Of a DNA stretch of 39,921 bases, positions 1 to 7,947 are shown piece after piece. Source of the stretch: Oscillospiraceae bacterium. GTDB lineage: Bacteria > Bacillota > Clostridia > Oscillospirales > Ruminococcaceae. Under the pieces are notes generated by a model. It saw only the letters and a list, made by a program, of their open reading frames with translations, did no database searches and was not told where the DNA came from. Where the stretch lies: the NCBI GenBank assembly GCA_045591905.1, contig JAZNTS010000216.1, forward strand, positions 1 through 39,921, written 5' to 3'. How positions within the stretch are numbered: position 1 is the first letter of the stretch; each line of letters begins with the position of its first letter. Both the position numbers and the translations under genes were made by a program.

Positions 1-323
1 AAAAGCATTTCATTGTTATGGTTGCCGAAGGTATCGGCGGCGTTGAAGAACTTGCAAGAAAGATTGAAAAGGAATGCGGCGTTGAATCAAGAGCCGTTAT
101 CCTCGGTCACGTTCAGAGAGGCGGCTCGCCCACTGTACGCGACAGAGTAATGGCAAGCGAGATGGGCTATTACGCAGTAGAGCTGCTTGAAAAGGGTATC
201 GGCAACCGCGTTATCGGTCTTCAGAACAGCAAGGTTTGCGATTTCGATATTCAGGAAGCTCTCAGCATGAAGAAGCCTTTCAACGAGCGTCTTTACAAGA
301 TCGCAAACGAGATCAGCCTTTAA
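1..323 (+). CDS. pfkA: 6-phosphofructokinase, C-terminal part (5' truncated by window)
   Basis: VAEG and ILGHVQRGGSPTVRDR motifs typical of ATP-PFK C-terminus. Confidence 0.93.
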   Translation, partial: KHFIVMVAEGIGGVEELARKIEKECGVESRAVILGHVQRGGSPTVRDRVMASEMGYYAVELLEKGIGNRVIGLQNSKVCDFDIQEALSMKKPFNERLYKIANEISL

Positions 324-333
324 TTTTTTCAGT

Positions 334-368
334 TGTTGATGCTCCGTGCTCATGTGCGGAGCATAACA
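334..368 (+). terminator. Hairpin after pfkA, possible terminator or stabiliser
   Basis: ATGCTCCG...CGGAGCAT inverted repeat; U-tract weak on + strand. Confidence 0.4.
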
Positions 369-380
369 TAAATTTTATTA

Positions 381-610
381 ACAGAGTAGAGTTTTGAGCG
401 TTAAGTGCCCTTTGGACGGAGAGTTGCCGAGGGGACGAAAAGATTACAATGGCGCTCGCTGCCCACGGTTTACATTTGGGCGGCGAGAAGTCTGCAGATG
501 CAAGGAAACCGAATAACGGCTAGGCTTTGTGCCTGCCGTTGAGCGGTTGACGAAGCAGATGCGGGCTTATTGCTGTCCGATCTTGCGGTTCGAAGCTCGC
601 ATCTCGCTGT
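381..610 (+). ncRNA. THF (tetrahydrofolate) riboswitch with large P4 insertion
   Basis: 5' core AGAGUAG...GCGUUAAGUG...ACGAA (381-440); 3' core GCGGU...GCAUCUCGCUGU (585-610); P2 GAGUUUUGA (389-397) pairs with UCGAAGCUC (590-598); upstream of a folT-like gene. Confidence 0.85.
488..568 (+). repeat. Structured repeat / MITE-like element inside the riboswitch
   Basis: Terminal arms AAGTCTGCA/TGCGGGCTT, internal CAGATGC twice, nested stems AACCG/CGGTT and AACGGC/GCCGTT; related partial copy at 20697-20758 on minus strand. Confidence 0.45.
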
Positions 611-677
611 ACATAAAACCTATAAGTTTTGCCATAACTTGTCCGTAATTTATGTATTGCGTAAAGGAGGATATTTT

Positions 678-1505
678 ATGGCAATTTTTAAAATGTTCAA
701 AAGCTCCGCACTGGAGCTGAAAAGTCTGCGCTGCCTTACTGTAACGGCGGTGCTTATAGCGCTTGACCTTGCGCTGAAATCCGTTACTATAAACGTAACG
801 GAGGAATTGAAGATATCGTTCGCGTTTCTTGCGCTTGCAACGATAGGTATGCTTTTCGGACCGACTGTGTCAATGCTTGCGGGTGTTATCACCGACCTTA
901 TCGGTTTTTTCACCGCACCGCAGATAGGTGCATTCAATCCGATGTACACCATTATCGAGGCAACGGGCGCTATGCTTTATGGCTTGTTTTTGTACAAGCT
1001 GCAGCCTGTCAAGTTCACAAAGGAGATGTTCAAGCCGAACATTGAGCCGAACACGGCAGCGCTCAACGGAATAAATGCAAAGCTGCTTTCGGCGCTTATG
1101 ATATTGTCAGCGTTTGTGCTGTATTCTATCTATAAGTTTAACGAGCTGTTTGTTATCTACGTTGTGGTTATAGCACTGCTTTACGGAATTTTTCTGCATA
1201 AGCTTGCTGTGCTTCCGTGGAAGCAGCTTATGCGAGTTATCGGCGCAAAGGTGACGGTAGTTGTGATATGCAACCTTATCATGACGCCGCTTGCGAGCAT
1301 CGTTACAAAGTTCTTCACCTACGGCACATGGATAGTTGAGCCTACACTGCTTGCTTATCCTGCGCGACTGCTGAAGAATGCAATACAGTGCCCTGTGGAT
1401 ATAGTGCTGCTTACGCTGGTGCTGTTCCCGATAATGACCGCGTACAAGAGCATTTTCAATGGTCAGAGCGCATCTAAAGGCAAAAAAGATGCCTCGAAGG
1501 TATAA
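678..1505 (+). CDS. folT: Folate ECF transporter S component (FolT family) with an extra hydrophobic insert
   Basis: AAAGGAGG RBS before ATG 678; KISFAF, GMLFGP, G.ITDLIG, YGLFLYK, R.LKNAIQ.P motifs; THF riboswitch upstream. Confidence 0.85.
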   Translation: MAIFKMFKSSALELKSLRCLTVTAVLIALDLALKSVTINVTEELKISFAFLALATIGMLFGPTVSMLAGVITDLIGFFTAPQIGAFNPMYTIIEATGAMLYGLFLYKLQPVKFTKEMFKPNIEPNTAALNGINAKLLSALMILSAFVLYSIYKFNELFVIYVVVIALLYGIFLHKLAVLPWKQLMRVIGAKVTVVVICNLIMTPLASIVTKFFTYGTWIVEPTLLAYPARLLKNAIQCPVDIVLLTLVLFPIMTAYKSIFNGQSASKGKKDASKV

Positions 1506-1517
1506 AGGAGTTATTTT

Positions 1518-2303
1518 ATGAATAAGCTTGGTATCCTCGGCACGGGAAATATGGGTGCTGCGATAATAAACGGAATAAAAAAGAGCGGCATGGACGCCGA
1601 GATGTTTGCGTATGACAAATTCACGGAAAAGCTTGCTTCGCTGCCTGTTACTCCCTGTGACGATGAGATCAGCGTTGTGAAGCAGTGCAAATACGTTCTG
1701 TTGTCGGTAAAGCCGCAGATGCTTGGCGAGGTGCTTGATACCATCGCACCCGCAGTGACCGAGGACACCGTGTTTATTTCTATCTGTGCGGGCATTTCTG
1801 CTGAGTTTATCAGAAGCCATACCATTCCAAAGGCAAAGGTAGTGCTTGTTATGCCTAATACTCCCATGATGCTTGGCGAGGGCGCTTCGGCTATGAGCTG
1901 CGGCGAGGGCGTAAGCGAAGAGGAATTTGGTTTTGCGCGCGCTGTTATCGGTAGCTGCGGAATTACCGAGGAAGTTCCTACCGATAAAATGAAAGAGGTA
2001 ATTGCGATAAATGGCAGCTCACCTGCGTTTATATACTTGTATGCAAAGGGCTTTATAGACTACGCTGACAGCGTTGGGATAGACAAGGAAGCGGCGCTGA
2101 GATTGTTTGCAAAGTCGCTTATCGGCTCGGCTAAGATGCTTACCGAAAGCGGAATGACAGTTGACGAGCTGATAAAGCAGGTCTCTTCGCCAGGCGGTAC
2201 GACGATTGCGGGTCTTGAAAAGCTGTATGAGGGCGATATTACAGGTGATGTTAAGCGCTGCTGTGAAGCCTGCACCAACAGAGCCTATGAACTGGGCAAG
2301 TAA
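1518..2303 (+). CDS. proC: Pyrroline-5-carboxylate reductase
   Basis: GTGNMG Rossmann motif, LSVKPQ, MPNTP, GSSPAF, VSSPGGTTIAGL. Confidence 0.96.
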   Translation: MNKLGILGTGNMGAAIINGIKKSGMDAEMFAYDKFTEKLASLPVTPCDDEISVVKQCKYVLLSVKPQMLGEVLDTIAPAVTEDTVFISICAGISAEFIRSHTIPKAKVVLVMPNTPMMLGEGASAMSCGEGVSEEEFGFARAVIGSCGITEEVPTDKMKEVIAINGSSPAFIYLYAKGFIDYADSVGIDKEAALRLFAKSLIGSAKMLTESGMTVDELIKQVSSPGGTTIAGLEKLYEGDITGDVKRCCEACTNRAYELGK

Positions 2304-2813
2304 ATGATTCTGCTTATTGCGGGAGCCTCGCACACGGGAAAAACTGCATTTGCGCAGAGACTTCTTGAGAAATACAAAATCCCATATCTTTCGATAGACC
2401 ATCTGAAGATGGGACTTATCCGCAGCGGACAGACAGCGCTTACTGTGTACGATGACGATAAGCTGACGGAATATCTCTGGGGCATAGTCAAAGAGATGAT
2501 AAAGACAGCGATCGAAAACGGTCAGAGCCTTATTGTCGAGGGCTGCTATATTCCGTTTGATTGGAAAAAGGATATGGAGGAGAAATATCTCGAAGATATA
2601 AGATACATCTGTCTTGTTATGAGCGAAAACTACATCAAAAGTCATTTTGATGACATAAAAAAGTATGAAAATGTTATCGAAAAACGGCTCTATGATGAAT
2701 GTGCTATGGAGCAGGTGCTTCAGGACAATATCAGTACGCTTGAGCAGTGCAAAAAGCACGGGCTTGAATACATATTGATAGATACCGACTATAGCTTCGA
2801 TTTAGAGCTTTGA
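2304..2813 (+). CDS. P-loop nucleotide/small-molecule kinase family protein
   Basis: N-terminal Walker A GASHTGKT, IVEG; starts immediately after the proC stop. Confidence 0.75.
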   Translation: MILLIAGASHTGKTAFAQRLLEKYKIPYLSIDHLKMGLIRSGQTALTVYDDDKLTEYLWGIVKEMIKTAIENGQSLIVEGCYIPFDWKKDMEEKYLEDIRYICLVMSENYIKSHFDDIKKYENVIEKRLYDECAMEQVLQDNISTLEQCKKHGLEYILIDTDYSFDLEL

Positions 2814-2828
2814 TGTATACTGCAAATA

Positions 2829-2903
2829 AAACAGCCGCCTTTTGATTAAAGGCGGCTTTGTTGCTAATTTATTAAACACCGCTAGTTGATAGCGGTGTTT
2901 TTG
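2829..2903. terminator. Two intrinsic terminator hairpins between convergent genes
   Basis: AGCCGCCTTT/AAAGGCGGCT and AAACACCGCTA/TAGCGGTGTTT with flanking A/T tracts. Confidence 0.8.
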
Positions 2904-2907
2904 TGTA

Positions 2908-3168
2908 TCAGTGAGAGGGGCGCTTTGAAACAGCGTCGATAGCTGCTGTAACAGCGATGTTGATATCAACCGCATTCTGACGAACAGACGCGTCAAGCTT
3001 GGAGAAAAGCTCGCCGTTGTGGGAGCTTACATATTTTGAGGGGAGCTTATTCAGTGCAATAGCCATCATATCGTCAAGGCAATGCTCGCATTTGCAGCAG
3101 TCCTCTGTTGCCAACATGGCATTGAGTTTTTCTTTTACAACGGCTTCCATAACGTTTATAATCGACAT
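2908..3168 (-). CDS. comFB: ComFB family protein
   Basis: NVME...C.C..C..D..AIALN.LP.KYV...RPSH signature; GGGAGG RBS before ATG 3168. Confidence 0.88.
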   Translation of the reverse strand: MSIINVMEAVVKEKLNAMLATEDCCKCEHCLDDMMAIALNKLPSKYVSSHNGELFSKLDASVRQNAVDINIAVTAAIDAVSKRPSH

Positions 3169-3202
3169 AATTATCCTCCCAATCAATTAACTTGTTGCTA
3201 TT

Positions 3203-3231
3203 ATTTTATACCAAAACCTTTAATTTGTCAA
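3203..3231 (-). promoter_or_regulatory. sigmaA promoter of comFB
   Basis: TTGACA-17 nt-TAAAAT on minus strand. Confidence 0.65.
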
Positions 3232-3333
3232 TACTTTAATTCGCTAATTCGCAGAAAAATATAAATTTATGTGTATTTCCAATAAAAAATGACAGAATAA
3301 TTATTGAAAAACCTTAATCAAGGAGAGCTTAAA

Positions 3334-3783
3334 ATGAATATTTCCAACCAAGAGTACGGCGAGCTTGCGAAAAAACGCTCGCCAAACTCCAAAATGTATA
3401 AAACGCTGCCGAAAGCGTTTCTTATCGGCGGCATTATCTGCACTATAGGCGAGGGACTGCTCAATCTTTATGCATATCTTGGACTGAACGAGGAGCACGC
3501 AGGTGCTCTTACTTCAACAACGCTCATATTTTTGAGCGCTCTGCTTACGGGCTTTGAAATATACGACAGGATAGCACAGCATGGCGGCGCTGGCTCGCTC
3601 GTTCCCATTACAGGCTTTGCGAATGCGGTAGTATCGCCTGCGATAGACTTTAAATCCGAGGGCTATGTCCTCGGACTTGGCGCTAAGATGTTCGTGATAG
3701 CAGGGCCTGTTATCGTCTACGGCGTTTCTGCTTCGGTGCTTTATGGTATAGTATATTATATCGTAGGGCTGTTTATGAAATAG
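3334..3783 (+). CDS. spoVAC: Stage V sporulation protein AC
   Basis: AFLIGGIICTIG, GAGSLVPITGFANA, GAKMFVIAGPVIVYG; AAGGAG RBS before ATG 3334. Confidence 0.95.
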   Translation: MNISNQEYGELAKKRSPNSKMYKTLPKAFLIGGIICTIGEGLLNLYAYLGLNEEHAGALTSTTLIFLSALLTGFEIYDRIAQHGGAGSLVPITGFANAVVSPAIDFKSEGYVLGLGAKMFVIAGPVIVYGVSASVLYGIVYYIVGLFMK

Positions 3784-3791
3784 GAGGGACA

Positions 3792-4796
3792 ATGGGATAC
3801 TGCACAGGAAAAACATTCAGATATGACCGCGCTTCGATACAATGCTATGCCGCGGTAGTCGGAAAAGCAGAAAACGAAGGGCCTTACGGCGGAGAGTTTG
3901 ACGAGGTCATTGATGACAATAAGGGCGATGCTGACACATGGGAGCAGGCAGAGGCACAGTTTCAGAAAAAAGCGGTAGGTCATGTTCTGAGAAAATCGGG
4001 ACTTTCTCCTGAAAATATAGGCGTGATGTTCGCGGGCGATCTTCTGAATCAGTGCGTAAGCTCCTCCTATGGTCTTAAGGACTACTATATTCCGTTTCTC
4101 GGAATATACGGCGCTTGTTCGACCTTTGCCGAGGGGTTGCTTCTTTCGGGCGCGATGGTAAATGCGAAGTATGTTGACAATGCGATAGCTGTAACTTCGT
4201 CACATTTCAGCTCGGCGGAGCGGCAGTTCAGATTTCCGCTGAACTACGGCGGAGTGCGTCCGCCCACAGCACAATGGACTGCAACGGCGTCAGGCGCGGC
4301 ACTTGTCGCCTCAACAGGCAAGTCGCCGTTTATCCGCGCGGCAACAGTGGGAAAGATAGAGGATATGGGCGTTACCGACGTAAACAACATGGGTGCGGCG
4401 ATGGCGGGAGCGGCTTATGATACGCTGTCGCGCCATTTCACGCACATGGGGAGTCACCCACAGGATTACGACCTGATCGTTACAGGCGACCTAGGGCTTG
4501 TGGGAAGTGAGCTTCTTCACGACCTTTTCAAGCGTGACGGCGTGGATATCGAAAAATACCACAAGGACTGCGGTCTTATGCTGTTTGACCGTGCAACGCA
4601 GGACGTTCACGCGGGCGGCTCGGGCTGTGGTTGCTCGGCTTCAATGATGTGCGGTCACTTCTTAAAGAGGATAGAGAGCGGCGAGCTTGACCGTGTGCTG
4701 TTCTGTGCAACGGGAGCGCTAATGTCAACGACTATGGTGCAGCAGGGCGGTTCAATTCCGGGAATAGCACACGCTGTAGAGCTTACCTCATACTGA
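3792..4796 (+). CDS. spoVAD: Stage V sporulation protein AD
   Basis: GDLLNQC, YGACST, SAERQFRFP, HAGGSGCGCSA, IPGIAHAV. Confidence 0.97.
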   Translation: MGYCTGKTFRYDRASIQCYAAVVGKAENEGPYGGEFDEVIDDNKGDADTWEQAEAQFQKKAVGHVLRKSGLSPENIGVMFAGDLLNQCVSSSYGLKDYYIPFLGIYGACSTFAEGLLLSGAMVNAKYVDNAIAVTSSHFSSAERQFRFPLNYGGVRPPTAQWTATASGAALVASTGKSPFIRAATVGKIEDMGVTDVNNMGAAMAGAAYDTLSRHFTHMGSHPQDYDLIVTGDLGLVGSELLHDLFKRDGVDIEKYHKDCGLMLFDRATQDVHAGGSGCGCSASMMCGHFLKRIESGELDRVLFCATGALMSTTMVQQGGSIPGIAHAVELTSY

Positions 4797-4808
4797 AAGG
4801 GGCAGAAC

Positions 4809-5186
4809 ATGGAAACGTTTCTTGAATATGCGAAAGCTTTTGCTGTTGGCGGCGCACTGTGCGTTGTGGGACAGCTTTTGATAGACCTCACAAAGCTCAC
4901 TCCTGCAAGGATATTGGTGTCGTACGTTGTGGCGGGAGTGCTTCTCGGCGCGTTAGGCGTTTATCAGCCGCTGATAGATTTTGCGGGCGGCGGCGCGACA
5001 GTGCCGCTGACCGGCTTCGGCAATCTGCTTGCAAAGGGCGTCAAGGAGGCTGTTGATAAAGACGGGCTTATCGGCGCACTGACGGGAGGACTTACCTCAG
5101 CGGCGGCAGGCATTACTGCTGCGATAGTAGCTGGACTTCTTGCGGGACTTATATTTAAAAGCGGAAGTAAGATCAACGAGAAATAA
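4809..5186 (+). CDS. spoVAE: Stage V sporulation protein AE (AEb type)
   Basis: AFAVGGALC, LTPARILV, GATVPLTGFG; operon context. Confidence 0.93.
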   Translation: METFLEYAKAFAVGGALCVVGQLLIDLTKLTPARILVSYVVAGVLLGALGVYQPLIDFAGGGATVPLTGFGNLLAKGVKEAVDKDGLIGALTGGLTSAAAGITAAIVAGLLAGLIFKSGSKINEK

Positions 5187-5188
5187 AA

Positions 5189-5258
5189 GCAAGCTCCCCG
5201 AAACATACTCGGGGAGCTGCCTATAAAACTAAAAGCTGCGCCATAAGACGCAGCTTTA
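5189..5258. terminator. Paired terminator hairpins between spoVAE and rpsR
   Basis: AGCTCCCCGA/TCGGGGAGCT and AAAGCTGCG/CGCAGCTTT. Confidence 0.75.
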
Positions 5259-5269
5259 AATCTTTTTGA

Positions 5270-5518
5270 TTACTCAGCAGTATAAGGGATAAGAGCGATC
5301 TGTCTTGCTCTCTTAATAGCTGTTGTGAGCTCTCTCTGGTGGAATGCGCAGCAGCCTGTAACTCTTCTGGGAAGAATCTTAGCACGCTCTGTCATGCACT
5401 TTCTCAGCTTTGCAACATCTTTGTAGTCGATGAACTCGGACTTGTCAGCGCAGAACTGGCAAACCTTTTTTCTGGGACGCTTAACGGGATGAGCAGCTCT
5501 TTCAAACTTTTCAGCCAT
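5270..5518 (-). CDS. rpsR: 30S ribosomal protein S18 (Zn-ligand C+ type)
   Basis: [33 protein letters not shown]. Confidence 0.98.
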   Translation of the reverse strand: MAEKFERAAHPVKRPRKKVCQFCADKSEFIDYKDVAKLRKCMTERAKILPRRVTGCCAFHQRELTTAIKRARQIALIPYTAE

Positions 5519-5566
5519 GGTACTGTAACCTCCTTATTAGTATAGGTAAAACGGTATTTGTTTAAA

Positions 5567-6025
5567 TTAGAACGGGTAGTCGTCGTCCGATTCTGCCGCG
5601 GAAAAATCGCTTACGGGTGCTGCCGCAGGTGCGGGAGCAGCGGAATACTGCGGGGGAGCGGACGGAGCGGGTGCGCCGTAGGAGTCGCTGTAAGCACCGC
5701 CTTGTGACTTCTCGCCTGTAAAACTGATTCTGTCAGCAACGATCTCATACCATGTGGCATTGTTACCATTTTTATCGGTATAATTACGTGTGGTCATTTC
5801 GCCTTCAACAAGGATCAGACGACCCTTTGTAAAATAACGGTTGACAAAATCAGCCTGCTGACGCCATGCAACCACGTTGAAAAAGTCGGACTTTCTTTCC
5901 TCGCCCTTTTGCTGGAAACGTCTGTCAACCGCGATGCGGAACGTTGCAACGTTTACGCCTGTGGGAGTGGTTTTAAGCTCGGGATCATTGACCAAACGAC
6001 CCATCATAATGCACTTGTTAAACAT
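5567..6025 (-). CDS. ssb: Single-stranded DNA-binding protein
   Basis: GRL..DPELKTT OB fold, acidic DDDYPF tail; lies between rpsF and rpsR. Confidence 0.97.
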   Translation of the reverse strand: MFNKCIMMGRLVNDPELKTTPTGVNVATFRIAVDRRFQQKGEERKSDFFNVVAWRQQADFVNRYFTKGRLILVEGEMTTRNYTDKNGNNATWYEIVADRISFTGEKSQGGAYSDSYGAPAPSAPPQYSAAPAPAAAPVSDFSAAESDDDYPF

Positions 6026-6058
6026 GAAAGCACCTCCGTGTCAGCAGATTTTTGGTAA

Positions 6059-6358
6059 TTACGCGCCCTGCTTGAGGACTACGATGGAGCGAAGAACGCC
6101 GTCAGTGATGTTGATGACACGCTCAAGCTCAGCGGGGAAATCAGGCTTGGACTCGAAGTTGTACAGAACGTAGTAACCTTCGGACTCGTAGTTGATCTCA
6201 TATGCGAGCTTCTTCTTGCCCCACTCGTCGATCTCGCCGAGTGTACCGTTTTCCTTGATAAGGTCAGCGAACTTAGCTGTGAGAGCCTTGATCTGCTCCT
6301 CGTCCTTCTTGAGAGAGAAAACGATGATTGCCTCATACTTCTCTGTGATCTTTGCCAT
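6059..6358 (-). CDS. rpsF: 30S ribosomal protein S6
   Basis: KYE, WGKKKLAYEI, GYY, VLRS. Confidence 0.97.
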   Translation of the reverse strand: MAKITEKYEAIIVFSLKKDEEQIKALTAKFADLIKENGTLGEIDEWGKKKLAYEINYESEGYYVLYNFESKPDFPAELERVINITDGVLRSIVVLKQGA

Positions 6359-6365
6359 TTATAAG

Positions 6366-6435
6366 CACCTCCTTCTGGATTATATCCCGCACCTTTTGTG
6401 CGAGAAAGGAGTTAAGGTCGTGAAAAGCCTTAACT
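6366..6435 (-). promoter_or_regulatory. S6:S18 autoregulatory leader RNA
   Basis: Minus strand CUCCUUU-[CUCGCAC/GUGCGGG hairpin]-...CCA-GAAGGAGG: anti-SD stem with CCR motif in the internal loop. Confidence 0.7.
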
Positions 6436-6440
6436 ATGTT

Positions 6441-6469
6441 ATTATATCAGATTCAATTTAGCTTGTCAA
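6441..6469 (-). promoter_or_regulatory. Consensus sigmaA promoter of rpsF operon
   Basis: TTGACA-17-TATAAT with extended TGn. Confidence 0.85.
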
Positions 6470-6518
6470 GCTTTTTTCGGGAGATTTCGTAGGATTTTTT
6501 CACCTTTTTCTGTGTAAA

Positions 6519-6597
6519 TTGCATATATTAGCTTTATTTTCTATACTTATTTTAATAAAGAATTTTTCTTGCATTTATCGAAGCAGTGTGATAAAAT
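6519..6597 (+). promoter_or_regulatory. Two tandem sigmaA-type promoters for the ARH-like gene
   Basis: TTGCAT-17-TATACT (6519-6547) and TTGCAT-17-TAAAAT with TGn (6569-6597). Confidence 0.55.
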
Positions 6598-6636
6598 GGT
6601 TACGGTATATTAATTCAGTACATTTGGAGGTGCTTT

Positions 6637-7695
6637 ATGGGGGAACTTATAGCCGAGAGCAGGTTTTCCGGCTGTATGCTCGGCGGTGCGCTTGGCGACG
6701 CGCTTGGATACCCTGTGCGCAGCATGAACACAGGTGATATAGCGCGTGCTTTCGGCAAAAAGGGGATAACCTCTCCTGATGTTGACAAAGAAAGCGGCTA
6801 TGCGCTGATATCCGCAAACACACAGCTTGCGCTTTTCACTGCCGAGGGCATACTGTGGACAGACAGGCTTGGCGGCAAAAACGAGATCTCAAGCTATACT
6901 ACCTATGTTTTTTACGCGTACCAGCGCTGGTTGTATACACAGGAGAAGCTGCTTGCGAGTCGTGAGTATTCTCACGTATTGGACAGCGATGCGGCTTTTG
7001 CTTCAAGGCTGCTTCGCGAGGAACGCTTGTTTGACCAAAGAGAGCCTGATGTTGATTGCATAACGGCGCTGAAGCTTGCAGCTAAGCATGATTACGGCAG
7101 ACTCACCAGCAGGATAAACGACAATTGCGGTTGTGCAGGCGTTGTGAGAGTAGCTCCGGCGGGACTTTATTTTCACAAGGACAGCGAGCGAGCATTCAGA
7201 ATGGCGGCAGAATTTGCGGCGATAACCCACACGGGGGCGTCGGGTTATCTTGCGGCGGGCGTGCTAGGTGCGTTGGTAGCAGAGCTTGTGTGCGGCTCTG
7301 ATATCGAGGAGGCGCTGGACGTTGCGGCTTATATTCTGAAAGGCTATGACGGTTGCATGGAGTGCTTCCGATCGTTAGACTATGCGCGTTCACTTGACGC
7401 GTCGGATATCGCTCCTTTGGAGGCTGTTAAACGGCTTGGCGTGGGAGATACAGCAAACGAAGCGCTTGCGATAGCGCTTTATTGCGCGCTGTGCCACAGC
7501 GAGAAGCCTGAAAATGCGCTTCTGCTTGCGGCAAATCATGACGGAAACAGCACGGCGACCGCTTGTGTATGCGGCAATATCGTCGGCGCTTTTCACGGCG
7601 AGGGTGCGCTGCCGAAAAAATGGCTGAAAAAGCTGGAACTTGCTGAAGTAACCCGACAGGCGGCGTTGGCTCTTTATGAATGTGCAGTTCACTGA
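6637..7695 (+). CDS. ADP-ribosylglycohydrolase (DraG/ARH) family protein, catalytic motifs degenerate
   Basis: G.MLGGALGDALGYP, R.AP.GL, AAITH, G.IVGAFHG...LP..W. Confidence 0.85.
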   Translation: MGELIAESRFSGCMLGGALGDALGYPVRSMNTGDIARAFGKKGITSPDVDKESGYALISANTQLALFTAEGILWTDRLGGKNEISSYTTYVFYAYQRWLYTQEKLLASREYSHVLDSDAAFASRLLREERLFDQREPDVDCITALKLAAKHDYGRLTSRINDNCGCAGVVRVAPAGLYFHKDSERAFRMAAEFAAITHTGASGYLAAGVLGALVAELVCGSDIEEALDVAAYILKGYDGCMECFRSLDYARSLDASDIAPLEAVKRLGVGDTANEALAIALYCALCHSEKPENALLLAANHDGNSTATACVCGNIVGAFHGEGALPKKWLKKLELAEVTRQAALALYECAVH

Positions 7696-7828
7696 AGGAA
7701 TAGTTTTGCATGAACTTTTTTGCGTTAAACAGCAAGTTTTAGTTAATTTGCACATAAAAAATTTAATAATTTCTACACAAAAAAAACCTATATTGTGCCA
7801 ATAATTACAAAATATGTCAGCCAAGTGC

Positions 7829-7857
7829 TTGAAATAAAGACAAAATTATGGTATAAT
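7829..7857 (+). promoter_or_regulatory. sigmaA promoter of pilC operon
   Basis: TTGAAA-17-TATAAT with extended TG; followed by a long leader hairpin 7870-7903. Confidence 0.7.
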
Positions 7858-7947
7858 TTATGTACTTAAAACTGCAAAGGGCGAATTGCGCCTTTTTGCG
7901 GTTGCTAATTTTTGCAATTTGATTGCAGGGGAATGGGAGGTTATCCG

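Noticed and set aside
570-677. Upstream in-frame extensions in the ORF track (folT 570, pilC 7912, pilin 21718 and 22343, EAL 31931)
   Set aside because: They overlap riboswitch, promoter, terminator or neighbouring gene sequence; strong SD sequences mark the downstream starts used instead
3271-3299. Forespore sigmaG/sigmaF promoter for spoVA (GTGTAT...CAGAATA)
   Set aside because: Expected biologically, but the match and spacing are too loose to call
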